From contig CM119266.1 of NCBI GenBank assembly GCA_051294375.1, positions 21,767,875-21,831,874 on the forward strand: a DNA stretch of 64,000 bases, read 5' to 3'. Position numbers and translations under genes: made by a program. The notes below the pieces were generated by a model. It was not told the DNA's origin. It saw only the letters and a program-made list of their open reading frames with translations, and ran no database searches. Positions 48,734 to 61,056 of the stretch are shown here, one piece after another. Positions within the stretch are counted from its first letter, which is position 1; the number at the start of each line of letters is the position of its first letter. The DNA comes from Paraspadella gotoi. Taxonomy: Eukaryota > Animalia > Chaetognatha.

Positions 48734-51154
48734 ATGAGCGGAGAATCGGAAAAAATTCCAACCGAGGAGGTTAAATTTATACCGGGTGGATCTGAGGAAA
48801 AAATTCCCGCGAAAAAAGATCCCGAATCTGGTAAAGAGGCAGATTCCGATGCGTTCATCGGCTTGACCAAGGACGAGCTCCAGCGCTATGCCGACGACCC
48901 TTTCTGGGTTCGCACCCGAAAAATCCTTTTCATTCTCTTCTGGGTTGTCTGGTTCGGAATGGTTGCTGCCGCCATAATCATCATCGTCCTCTCACCCAAA
49001 TGTCCGGCTCGGCCGAACCAGAAGTGGTGGGAAACGTCTGTGGTTTACCGCGTCGACGTCCGAACCTTCAAAGATAGCAACAAGGACGGCCTTGGCGATT
49101 TCAAGGGCCTCGAGAGTGAATTGAAATATCTGAAGGGCCTCGGAGTTGGCGCCATCTGCCTGAGGCCAGTTTTCGAAACGGCAGGAAAGGACAAGTTGCG
49201 ACGGGACGTGGTGGATTTTAAGGCCGTGGATGGGGAGGTGGGCAATTTGGCGGAATTCAAGAGCTTGGCCAAGGCCATTCACAAGATGGGCATGAAAATC
49301 TTGCTCGAGTTCCTTCCCAACCACTCGAGCAAAGAGCATCGCTTCTTCGTGGAGAGTCGTCAGAAAAAGGCCGGCTACGAGAATTTCTACGTTTGGCAAG
49401 ACGCCGTGCCCAACGATTGGAAATCTGTGGACGACGCCAGCAAGTCCGCTTGGACTATGGACGACGATAGAAAGGCTTATTACTACCACGTTCACGCTGA
49501 AGATTTACCAGACCTTAATCTCAGGGACGAGGCGGTGAAGGTAACGTTTTAGAAGAGACTCATTACTTAACATGTCGAATAATTGAACCTAACTGTCATT
49601 AATAAATCTTTCACAGACGGAAATAAAAGAAGCACTCAAGTTCTGGCTCGTGGAGGAGCAAGTCGACGGAGTCCTTATCCCAGAGGTCGACCGACTTGTC
49701 GAAAGCGACAACCTGGCGGGCAATTACGAAGGCTGGCATCACCAAGCCGAATCCGCCGAATTCATAGCGGAGCTCAGAAGTGTTGTTGACGAAGTATCGG
49801 AGGATACTGGAAAGGATCGCGCTTTGATCGTCGACGTTGAAGATGGAAACGCGACCCAAAAGATCTTGTTTTACGGAACCGCCGCCAAGCCCGGCGCGCA
49901 CTTGGTTGTCAACGACAGGCTCGTCTCCGCTTTGAAGACCGATTGCAACGGCTCTGCGCCAACTGGCATCTGCATCGAAAAGCCGCTGCAGGAGTCGATG
50001 AAGATCATTCGTGAGTCCAATCAGAAGGAAAGTAACGAAGATCGTCCTTGGTACAATTGGATTCTGAGTTCGATGGACGGAAGGATCGCATCCAAAGTGG
50101 ACGCAGCCTACGTAGATGCGTTTAACTTGTTGATGCTGTCCGTTCAAGGAACGCCTTTTGTGAGTCTTCTCCTTGTTGGTAGTACGTTTTGACATTTATT
50201 TCTTTTTATCAATATTGTTCTGTTCCAGGTCTTTTATGGTGACGAACTTGGAATGAAGGACTCTAACGATGTTGACTACAAAGCCCTTTCAGTAATGCAG
50301 GTATATCACGTATTATGGTGGACTAAAATCCACCAACCGTTCATCAGCGGCCATTGGTGCTGGAGGCAAGTCATTCGCCTCCCAACCCAAAGGTCCGGGG
50401 TTCTAGCCCGGTGGTCGTCTGGCAGTTAAGAGGGACGGGGCGCTTAACCCGCCTGTAACTCGGTGTTACAGCCTGATCCGAAGCTCAGGGACTGCTTATA
50501 ATGAACGGTTCTGTCATTAACACTTATCGATAATTACTGTCTCTTCAGTATACGTATTTCATGATATTCAATGTTTTTCTTCAGATTATTATTTTGTATT
50601 TTTTTACCTTAATAATTATATTTCGTCCATACTCCAGTGGGACAGCAGCAAAAACGGCGGTTTCTCCAGCGCCTCGACTCGCTTCCCCGTCGATCCTGAT
50701 TACGCTACTCTCAACGTCAAATTCCAAAACGCAAGAGGAAATGACGATTCTCGTCTCAACGCATTCAAGACGATCGCCAACCTGCGCAAGGAAAACTCCT
50801 TCGCCTACGGAGATATCAAGGTTTACACGGCCAATCAAAAGTTGCTCACTTTCATTCGCCACGCCAAAGGTCATCCAGCGTATTTCGTCGCGATCAACTT
50901 TGGCGACAAACCTGCGACGGGTAGGGTCGAAGATTCCATAAATATTACAATTTTCATTAATTTCTTTCTTTACTTCTTTTTCAGCTCCTGGCGAGAATTT
51001 TGACGTGACCGACGTTCCCGACGCTTGTGAGGTCGTGGCGACGACTTCGGGCGTCCACGAAGGGTTTAAAGTCGGGTCGGTGTTCGATCCGAAGAAGATC
51101 CACCTTCTGTTGCAGAAGGGGGACGGAATCGTTGTCAAACTCGGCCGGAAGTGA
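48734..51154 (+). CDS. SLC3-family heavy chain of heteromeric amino-acid transporters (CD98hc/rBAT-like); multi-exon
   Basis: FIGLTKDELQRYADDPFWVRTR, a single TM, and SPKCP (light-chain disulfide Cys). The GH13-like ectodomain has VDGVLIPEV in place of catalytic VDGFRxDA, so it is non-catalytic. Confidence 0.9.
50335..50510 (+). mobile_element. SINE-like intronic element: tRNA-Gly-like head (50347-50418) plus twister domain, closed by a 10-bp inverted repeat
   Basis: Acceptor stem GCGGCCA/TGGTCGT, CTCCCAA anticodon-loop-like segment, T-arm CCGGG/CCCGG. Flanks are AACCGTTCAT (50335-50344) / ATGAACGGTT (50501-50510). Confidence 0.7.
50422..50495 (+). ncRNA. Candidate twister ribozyme, P5-type permutation
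   Basis: P5 GCAGTT/GACTGC; GA-CGG; UAA; GC; P3 CTGTAAC/GTTACAG; P4 CCTGA/TCAGG with loop TCCGAAGC. Both pseudoknots can form (CCG:CGG, GC:GC). Confidence 0.72.
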
Positions 51155-51656
51155 ATGCCTTGGACGAAATTCTTCCTAGTTAGTCGCTGACCGATTAGCT
51201 GGACGGATTACGGAATTCCAGACACTTGCATGGGCTTTTTTGTGTGTGTGCGCCATTTATCAAAACTTCCGATTCGGATACTTTTTTTTTAAATTTTGGT
51301 CTTTAGTTTTTTCCAGATTTTTTATTAGCTAATTTTACACGCTATATAACTCTATTAATTAATGCATGCTGAGGCTTTTATTTTTCATACACGTAGGTGT
51401 ATTTTTATTTTCGCAATTATTCCACCTGTGTCACTAGTCCTTGGTATTACTCTTCATATGGATTTGGACCAAATTTATCTCAAATACATATATTTTTAGT
51501 TTTTACTTCTCACTCATATATTCCAATGCAGATTTTTCCCACAGAGTTAAAACTTTAAAAAGTCGACTATGCTCGTCTCCATTGATAGTTGAATCTGCAT
51601 TCGTTTCGTTTCACCAAGTTTTCCTCGTCTTGCTCGATCATTAACTTTTAAATAAA

Positions 51657-52375
51657 ATGGCCAACGCTTTGGAAGGCTTCGTTAATCATTCCGTATCCGT
51701 CATAACTGCTGACGGTCGAGTTATCATCGGTACTTTGAAAGGTCTGTGATTGACGTTATATAATGACTGTTGTATCGTTTGTATGAATATGTAATATAAC
51801 TTTATTTTTATAGGATTTGACCAAACGATCAACTTGATTTTGGACGACAGCCACGAGCGCGTCTTCAGCTCATCTGAAGGAGTAGAACACGTAGTTCTCG
51901 GCCTTTACATCATTCGCGGTGACAACGTCGCTCTCATCGGAGAGATCGATGAGGCGAGTCTTGAATTTTTGTAAAGAAACATGATAATAATGAATGAATG
52001 TCATTCATTGAATGATAATAATTACCATTCACCCCGCAATACACCAAAATAAACTTGCTTTCATAAATCGCACATCTAATGCTATCTTTCTCTTGCACTC
52101 TTTTGTTACATTTTGCTTCGGAATTGGCAGTCTCGTTTGATATTTTAATCAGTAACATAAATGGATAATTTTTATATTGGTTGTACCAATTTCATAAAGA
52201 AATAATATGAGCTAATATAAACAAAATAAATAAACAATGAATACCAAATATAGAATTTCTCACTGGTTTGCGGTACTACGAATTAAGTTCCTGCCCCTTT
52301 TATTTTCAGATTACCGATAAACAGTTGGATCTCGGGGACATTCGAGCAGAACCTCTCAACCCCGTCGTTCACTGA
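51657..52375 (+). CDS. LSM8: U6 snRNA-associated Sm-like protein LSm8; 3 exons, second intron GC-AG
   Basis: MANALEGFVNHSVSVITADGRVIIGTLKG|FDQTINLILDDSHERVFSS..GLYIIRGDNVALIGEIDE|ITDKQLDLGDIRAEPLNPVVH*. Not captured by the ORF track. Confidence 0.93.
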
Positions 52376-52615
52376 CACTGCTTACTCTCCGTCCATATTT
52401 CTGCAAAGATGTTCTTTTTGTTGTGAACAATATCTTGGCTGGTAGCGGGTGTGACCTCGGTCTACCTTCAGTCGCCGTTGTTGGCGCGGTAATTTCGTAC
52501 TAATCAGTAGAATTTGCCGTCGCATTATTTCTTTTGTGCTTTTCTTTTTACTTTTTTCTCATTCCAACATTCATGTTTCTCATCGTTACCGTCTGACAGG
52601 GAACATACGTGAAAA

Positions 52616-54739
52616 ATGGGAGTCTCGGATAAATCGAAACAGATTAAAAGGCCGGGCAGATCTAAGACGTTCCGTGTTGCCAAAGAAATTCCCAAAGTTA
52701 CTTCGGACGGGAATTCCTCGTTGAATAAACTGCTCACTCCCGAAGAATTGGCCGAAGTGAGAGAACGGATAAAACAAAAACAAAAACTTGCCAGGGAAAC
52801 TCCCAAACTATTTTTTGATCTGGGAAGTCTAAGGAAAACTTGTCAATTTTATGGGAATGACCCCAAACTTTTAAGCGATTCCGACGGATTTGGTCTCAAA
52901 GGTACGCGAGAAACCGTTTTGTTTCCCTTCGACGTTCAAGAATTGATTCTTCGCGCCACTTTGGGCGGACGGTACTTACCACGTTGGTGTCGCCTTCTGC
53001 GCTTTAGGTTCATTGAAAAGGTAGTTGTCGTGGTCGTGGAAAATGTTGGAAACCCCGAATGGGAGGCCTATACTGAGTGTTTCCCCAATTTGCAAAGCAT
53101 GTCGCCGGAATTGCCCGCCAAGTTGCTTCCGCCGGTGATGCTTGGAACATCGTTTGTGGAGGAGTTCCTCAAAATTCCTTTTTCTCTGTCGCTGCAAAAA
53201 GTGATCGACTATAAATATCCTAAAATTGGATCTGAGGAAAACAGCTACTCCTATTTTTCTTCGATTTCGGAAAGCGAACTACCCGAGATGAGTGAAGTCG
53301 ACATCGAGGTTGTTCGGCTACTCGCTGACAAAACTCGGGATCCCGTCGCTCGGGAGTCAATGAAGGCCGATGGAGTTGTCACGTGGGTTGACAATCGCCT
53401 TCATTCCGACGTCCTTCCGCGGACGCAACTTTTGCTCGGCGCTTCGGACATGGGCCGAGAAAACTTTCCCCTTCCATACAATTTACCCGAAGATGTGGCT
53501 AACGAGTACGTTGCCTCTTCTCCCGAGGGTTACGTTTCCGTTTCGGACGCGAGCCCGATCTTCGCTGTCGATTGCGAAATGTGCCTCACTGAGCGACGAA
53601 TGCTAGAGTTGACTCACATCGCCGTCGTCGATGAAAAGCTAAATTCCGTTTTTCAATCCCTCGTCAAACCCCGCGCCCGAATCGTCAACTATCTCACCCA
53701 ATACAGTGGAATCACGGAGGAGATGCTGGCCAACGTGACTACCACCCTGAGCGACGTACAACTCCGACTGCAGGATATACTACCCAAGAACGCCATCTTG
53801 GTTGGACACGGTCTTAACAGCGATTTGACCGCCATGAGAATGCTGCACCCTTACGTAATCGACACTTCGGTGATTTACAACCTCAAGGGCCTCGAAGGCA
53901 AAAAGTCCAAGCTCAGGGATCTTGCCCACCTTTTCTTGGGAAAAAATATTCAAGAGTTTAATACAGCCACCGAAGGACACGACGCCTTGGAGGATGCCGT
54001 GGTCACGATGGAATTGACCTTGTTGAAGTTAAGAAATTGCGCAGAATTTGGGAATTTGACGTACCCTACGTCGTTGTGGCCACTCTCGCCGACGGCGTTT
54101 GTCTCTTGGTACTCTTCGATCAAAATTAAGCAAGAATCAGTGAGAGACAAAATGAAGACAGATGCAGGATTAGAAAATCATGCTGCGCAAAAAGTGGAAG
54201 TCGGTATTGCAGAATCAGAGGGCCCCCTTGTTTCTAATACTCAATCAGCCGAGGATAAGTCGTCATCTCCGTCTTCCTCCGGGACATATATATCTTTACG
54301 CGACTCTTTCCTCCGAAGATCTCGAGCCGCGCTAAACAACGGATTCCACGACCTCTTCAAATCTATTGTTATCAAGAGGAACCGAAATGGAACTATCGTA
54401 GACCACGAAGACGACTTAACTAAGTTCAAGTCGTCTCCTGTAACCGTCGTGGGACAACTTACGGATAAACTCATCGCAAAGGAAATGGTCGCCGCTATTG
54501 CAGACGACTTCCTCGTTTTTGGTCGCCTACATCGATTCTCCAGCTTCATTGATGCGAATGAAGAAAGAAAACGACGCTCGTTGACTAAAATCGATCGACG
54601 ATTAGGAAAAATTTATGGAAAACTGCCGAAGAAAGCGTTAATGATTGTCGTTTTAGGAGGTAGAAAGATTGAGAACGGTAATCATTCCGTTGTGGAGAAA
54701 TACCACAATGGCCTTGTTTTTGCGGGGATAAAACACTGA
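52616..54739 (+). CDS. REXO5: DEDDh RNA exonuclease of the REX1/REXO5 (NEF-sp) type; intronless CDS
   Basis: IFAVDCEMCLT, NYLTQYSGIT, LVGHGLNSDL, VIDTSVIY, GHDALEDA; N-terminal DVQELIL..PRWC segment. Confidence 0.8.
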   Translation: MGVSDKSKQIKRPGRSKTFRVAKEIPKVTSDGNSSLNKLLTPEELAEVRERIKQKQKLARETPKLFFDLGSLRKTCQFYGNDPKLLSDSDGFGLKGTRETVLFPFDVQELILRATLGGRYLPRWCRLLRFRFIEKVVVVVVENVGNPEWEAYTECFPNLQSMSPELPAKLLPPVMLGTSFVEEFLKIPFSLSLQKVIDYKYPKIGSEENSYSYFSSISESELPEMSEVDIEVVRLLADKTRDPVARESMKADGVVTWVDNRLHSDVLPRTQLLLGASDMGRENFPLPYNLPEDVANEYVASSPEGYVSVSDASPIFAVDCEMCLTERRMLELTHIAVVDEKLNSVFQSLVKPRARIVNYLTQYSGITEEMLANVTTTLSDVQLRLQDILPKNAILVGHGLNSDLTAMRMLHPYVIDTSVIYNLKGLEGKKSKLRDLAHLFLGKNIQEFNTATEGHDALEDAVVTMELTLLKLRNCAEFGNLTYPTSLWPLSPTAFVSWYSSIKIKQESVRDKMKTDAGLENHAAQKVEVGIAESEGPLVSNTQSAEDKSSSPSSSGTYISLRDSFLRRSRAALNNGFHDLFKSIVIKRNRNGTIVDHEDDLTKFKSSPVTVVGQLTDKLIAKEMVAAIADDFLVFGRLHRFSSFIDANEERKRRSLTKIDRRLGKIYGKLPKKALMIVVLGGRKIENGNHSVVEKYHNGLVFAGIKH

Positions 54740-54876
54740 GATAAGCTCCTACATGATGATTAGTTGATTTTGCCGTTGTTTTTTTTTACAGAGAACAACA
54801 CTAAGAATGTAAATGAATTATGTTCGATGATTTTTCAAGTTTTACAAAATAAATTTCAAAAAACTCATCTCGCGGT

Positions 54877-57800
54877 ATGGCTTGTACACAATGGAGAAAG
54901 TGCACTTTTTTCAACCAGGAAGTGTTAAAGGGTTCAAACGGCACTCCGTGGGATCTTTTACGAGAAATTGACGTCACTTGCTGCGCCAGCGGGCACGGCC
55001 TGTTGGTATTCGGCGACGCTGATGGGGGCGTTACGCTCGTTTCGCGAACGCTCGATGCGAGGTCTTTTGTGGCGTTTTCTTCACGCGTTACCCATCTCGG
55101 TAGGTCGTCTTGGGAAAAATGCCGTGAATCAAGGGTATCAAGTAGCAATAAAGACCTTTTATATACCTCTCAGTCCAAATGAAGCAACAAAGTATTCTAA
55201 TCACGATCGGAATCGACGAGCCAAGCGAAGCCACTCCCATTATCAAAGTCTTTGATTTGGACAAGCTCGACAAAGCATCTGGTCATCCCCTCTGCACCCG
55301 CATCTCTCGCGCTGCCGTAGCAATCGGAAGATCCTCCGAGGTCACGTGTTTGGCCGTGCACGAGGGCTTACAACACATGGCTCTCGGGTTTTCGGATGGT
55401 ACCATTGTTTTATTCAAAGGAGATGTAACTAAAGATCGGCACTCTAAACCCAAGGTGAGTGCTAAGCTACGACCTATTTTGTTCCTACTTATCGCTGAAA
55501 GACGGACGGAATAAAGCTAATCAGCCTGTACTGTCACTCTCCACAGATCATCCACGAGGATCCCGACGCGATTACTGGCCTGGGATTCAAGCAGACAGCG
55601 AGAACTTTGGTGCTTTTCGCTTCCACACGCCATCACGTGATGTCGTTTTCTCTCGGCGCCAAAGACAAGTGTCACAAAGAAATTCTCGACGCTCACGGAT
55701 GCCGACGGAATTGCTCCGCGATGTCGGACACGACCTTAGAGAACCAGTTCGTCATCGGACGGCAAGACGCGGTCTATTTTTATCAACCCGATGGACGGGG
55801 TCCGTGTTTGGCTTTCGAAGGGGAGAAGATCGCGGTCTATTGGTGCAGAGGGTATTTGGTCATAGTCACGAAAGACAACAAGCCGTCGGTTGCAAGGTAG
55901 GATACAAGTATAATTGTAAGAGATAATATGATCTTAAATGAGATTGAATTGAATTTAATATAATGAAAAAAAAAAGTTTCAAAAAATGGAATAATCTAGT
56001 ATTTATTTTCGATCAGAGGTCTCGCGCTGGGAAAAACAGTTGCTCAAGATCGAGTGACCGTCTACGATATTTACAACAAATTCATTGCTTTTCATTCGTT
56101 GCAACCTTTTCCAACCATCATTGACGTTCTTTGCGAATGGGGGGTTTTGTACATTATTACTGGGAGCACCAAGGAAGAACGGAGGGTGTTCGTTCTACAC
56201 GAGAAGGACATGCAAGCCAAACTCGGCGACCTTTTCAAGAAAAGCATGTTCGATTTGGCTATAAATTTGGCCAAAAGCCAACAGTACGATCCTGACGGCC
56301 TCATCGATATTTTTCGGTACAAATAGGCGATTCAAAAGTGTTGTAATTATTCAAAATTCAAATGTTTTTTTGCTTGTAGACAATACGGTGACCATCTTTA
56401 TTCAAAACGAGATTATGAGGGCGCCATCCTTCAATACGTCAAAACTATTGGTCGACTCGAGCCATCCTACGTTATTCGAAAATTTTTGGACGCTCAGAGA
56501 ATTCACAATTTGACCGCGTATTTACAGGTACATAGACCCTCGTTATTCGTTTTGTCCCTTTTAAAATAAAAACCATCATACATTTATTATTTATTCAGGC
56601 GTTGCATAAAGAACGATTGGCCGACGCGGATCATACAACGTTATTATTGAATTGTTATACGAAACTCAAGGACGTGAAGCAGTTGGACAAATTCATTGAT
56701 CGAGATGTCGACTTTGACGTCGAAACTGCCATTCGGGTTTGTCGTCAAGCGGGTTACTTCAAACACGCCCTCGTTTTGGCGGAAAAAAATGGGAAACACG
56801 AATGGTATCTTAAAATTCAATTGGAGGACGTTCTCGATTATGAAAAGGTATTTTATGACTGAAAGTATATGTCGTTGAATAAAGCTCTTGTTAAAATGAC
56901 GTTAATTTTTAGGCATTGTCATACATTTCGTGTCTCGAGTTCAAGGAAGCCGAAAACAATATGAAACTTTATGGAAAATTATTAGTAAGTTCTGAGCCCG
57001 ATCGGACCACCGAATTTCTGAAAACACTTTGCACGGATTACAAACCATCCAGCGAAGAGTAAGTCGTACAATGTGTTTGTCGAAGCGGCCGAAGCGGTTT
57101 ATTTATGTTGTAAGTTTTTTTCAATTTTGTCTTTGAAGGCTTTCCATTGATGAAACGAATCGATCACAACCCGAAGAATTCATTCATATCTTTGTTAACA
57201 ATTCCAAAAAACTGGAAGAATTTCTGGTCCACATGATCGCTGTGTTTCCGGAATCGTCTTCTCTCGTTTACAACACGCTTCTTGAATTGCTACTTCAGGT
57301 TTAATATTTTAAAGGAATTTTAATGTTACGAATCAAGGAGTTTGATAATAACCTTGTATTTTCAGCAAATCGTCCACGAAGATAATGAAGAGAGTCGCAA
57401 AGAAAAGGAGAGGAGAGCGTTAGAGTTGCTACAAAAGCCCCAGGCGAAATACGACATCGACCACGCGTTAATTTTGTGTCAGATGAACAACTTCAAAGAG
57501 GGAATTCTTTTTCTTTACGAAAAGGCAAAGTTTTATCAGGTACATTGATGAATCAAAAAGATTGTGTAGTTTTATTATTATTATAATTATTATTTTAAGC
57601 TAAATATATAATTATTTTCGTAACATATTTTTGGATAATTTTTGAAAATTTAATATCCCAGACAGACAAAATAACAGAGAGATGCTAACTAAAATGCGGC
57701 AGTCAAAAATTCTTTATTTGGTTATATTTCTCACCAGCAAATTGTTCGGTACCACATGGATCATAACGATTACGATCAAATCATCGAAACGTGCAAACGA

Positions 57801-59137
57801 TTTCGCAACGAGCCGAATCTTTGGGTTCAAGCATTGACTTATTTTGCTCAAAGAGAGGAAGATTGCAAGGATTACTTGTCGCAAGTTTTGGCGCAGATAG
57901 ACGAGAAAAACCTCATACCTCCGCTACTAGTCATTCAAACTTTAGCTCATAATTCAACGGCAACTTTGGCTGTCATTAAAGATTATATTATTAGAAGATT
58001 ACTTCAAGAGGACGAACAAGTAATTACTTCAATACAAGCAGTGTCAAGGACTAAACGACGATTCATAATTATACGGACGCTTATTTCTATACTAATATTA
58101 TACGTATTTACAGATTGCCGAAGATGAGCGGCTTATTAATCAGTATAGGGAAGGGACTCAGAAGATCAAAGAGGAAATTGAAGCCTTAAAAACCAAGGCA
58201 ACAATTTTTCAGGTAATATAAATCCGATAATTGAATCGCTCGTAAACTATTAAAGTTTGGATTTGCTGAAAGGTCTCCAAATGTGATATTTGTCCGAATG
58301 CACTGGAGCTGCCTTCTGTTCATTTTCTATGCGGGCATTCCTTCCATCAACACTGTTTTGACGGATATGCCGACAACGATCAGGAATGCCTTGCTTGTTT
58401 ACCGGAAATTCGTCGTATTCAGGTTTTTAATTTAATTTTATATTACACTCTTTTTTTCTTTTAAATTTTTTCGGTTTCAAAATTTATTTTGCTCGAATAG
58501 GACATAATTAAAACTCAAGATCAGCAACAAAGTGGTAGAGATTTACACGAACAGTTTCACCACCAACTTGAGCGTTCGGCAGATGGATTTTCGGTTGTCG
58601 CCGATTATTTTGCTAGAGGCGTCTTCAATAAGGTGAGAATTAATTAGCCGATATTAAATCTTGCTAATTGAAAACGGGCAATCATTTTTTTTCGTCTTTT
58701 CTCAGCTTACCGTGATTCCCGATTCGCCGCCGTCATCCTCGTCCGCTCAACTGGAAAAGTCATTTTCCGGCATGACTCTCTCCTCGTCAACCAGTTCCAG
58801 GACTTCTTTGCCCGAGCCGGTGAGAGAGAGACGTTCTAGTCCCGCTCTCACATCTCGCCCTCCGCCGGAAAATCCTCCCCCCAAAACGGGATCGATCCGA
58901 CCGACCTCGAGCATCAAAGCAGCGACGACAGCGGCGGCCAAAACAACAACTACGCCTAAGTCGACGACGCCGTCTCCACCAAAAACGTCCAAGTCAGCGA
59001 TGACTACCGTGAAAACGACGGCCCTTATCAACGCTCCCAAAGTAGCCACGAAAAAACCTTCGAGTGACGCTTTAAATCCTTTCGCCGAAGACGACGACTG
59101 CGACTCCGATTCGCTTAACCCCTTTAACGAAGATTGA
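54877..59137 (+). CDS. VPS11: Vacuolar protein sorting 11 (HOPS/CORVET subunit); multi-exon
   Basis: [92 protein letters not shown] and [15 protein letters not shown]. Confidence 0.95.
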
Positions 59138-59379
59138 CGCCTCCTTATAAAAAAAAAAACGAATAACGAAGATGGAGACCTTGGCTGGCCCACGCTGTCT
59201 CGGTTTTTGTTTGTCCATGCCTTGTTTCATACCACATTTTTCGTTTAATGTTTCTTTCCGTTTCCCGCAGTTTTTTTTCTATAGCTTTTCTTTGTTTCAG
59301 CTTAGTGTTTTATTGCGGGACAGTAAAAAAAACAAACAACGAAAAACCTCGAAAAGGCTAGAATACGGCAAAGTAAACA

Positions 59380-60554
59380 ATGGAGGATGAGCCGATTTCC
59401 GAGAGGGAGAAGATCCGGATCGTCTCAGACTTTATCCTCCACGCTCCACCGGGGGAATTCAATGAAGTCTTCAATGACGTCCGGATCCTCATCAACGACG
59501 ACAATCTCCTTAAGGATGGAGCCACGGGAGCTTTTTCCCAATACAACATGGATCAATTCACCCCAGTGACTCTGGACGAAGGGTCGGAGGAGAGGGGCCT
59601 CGTCACAGAATACGCCGATCTCGGTAAAATCGAAATAATAAATAACTTGAAAGTTTTCTTAAGACCTGTTTCAGGATTTTGCTGAATGAGCCATTTCATT
59701 CGTCACAGGAAATGGTCGATTTCTAGACCCCCGTTCAAAGCGCTCCTTCAAATACGACCATTTGAGGAAAGAGGCCTCCGACCTCCAGCCCGCAGAACTT
59801 GACAACGCTGCCGAGCCTTGGCGGACGGCCTTAGAAGACGCTCTTTCCTCATATGTCAAGGTCGAGCTTGGGATTATAAACGCTCATCTAAAAATAATGT
59901 TACAACGAGATTGATTTATTGATTTATTAGGAGCATTACCGATTCGGCGTGTGCACCGTTTACGGATCGAGTTCCAGTGGAAACGTCAAACTTACGGCCT
60001 GTATCGAGAGCCATCAGTTTCAGCCGAAGAATTACTGGAACGGAAGATGGCGCTCCATGTGGACCGTCACCTTTTCATCGGGCTCTGCGGAACTAAGCGG
60101 CTTGCTCAAAGTTCAGGTAAAAGCTGGAGACTTGTGGGTTATTTAATTATTTACAAATTATTTGATTCTTTGATGATCCAAAAAAATTAACAGGTACACT
60201 ACTATGAGGATGGCAACGTTCAGTTAGTCAGTTCCAAGGATGTTAAAGAATCAGTGACGATAACCAGCGAACAACAAACCGCCAAGGAAATAGTTAAGCT
60301 TGTCGAAGAGGCCGAAACCAGTTACCAGGTCGTTTAGACTTATTTCTTGGAAGCTCTTATGGTTTATAATTTTATTCCGGTTATACGACGCAATTTTTTT
60401 CATTTATCTTTAGAGTGCCATATCCGAAAATTATACCGCCATGTCCGACACGACGTTCAAGGCGTTAAGAAGGCAGTTGCCCGTCACCCGAACGAAAATC
60501 GATTGGAACAAAATTTTGGGCTACAAGATCGGAACAGAACTAAAAAACGCTTAG
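59380..60554 (+). CDS. CAPZA: F-actin capping protein alpha subunit; 5 exons
   Basis: [48 protein letters not shown] and [20 protein letters not shown]. Confidence 0.96.
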
Positions 60555-61056
60555 GTTCCGTGCTTCCCATGTTTTTTCGTGATATCATTAAATGGCTTTT
60601 TCTTCCTTTCCAATCACAGGTTTCTCTTCCCCCGTTTAATTGTAATTAGTATCTTCGGGTTTAATAATTGATTGGTATTTTTAATGTTTTCGAGGATAAA
60701 AATAATTTCTCAGTTACTTTATAGCGAAGTTGTTTTTTTTTTCCTTTTTTTTTGCATGCTAAATTGCGGTGAGTATAGAAATTTCTCTTTTTATATTCGA
60801 TATGAACATCGACAATGTTTTGTTGCTAGTCTGGTGACTTGTTGAATTTATACGTTGAACTAAATGGAATAAGTAATTATCAAAATTTATTTAATTCAAA
60901 AATATTTACTTTGTATCTGTGACTTTTTGCCCTTTTTTGGATAACCGGTTTTTAAATCAACGCTCCGCATAAACTGACGCTTTCTTTTTCTTCAGCTTTC
61001 ATACATTAAACGCTTTGAGTTTTAATTTGGGGAATTCCCGATTGGTCGAGGTCGCC

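Noticed and set aside
50347-50418. Functional tRNA-Gly(CCC) gene
   Set aside because: The anticodon stem (TTCGC/CCCAA) does not pair, the T-loop register is shifted, and no oligo-T terminator follows. Better explained as a SINE head.
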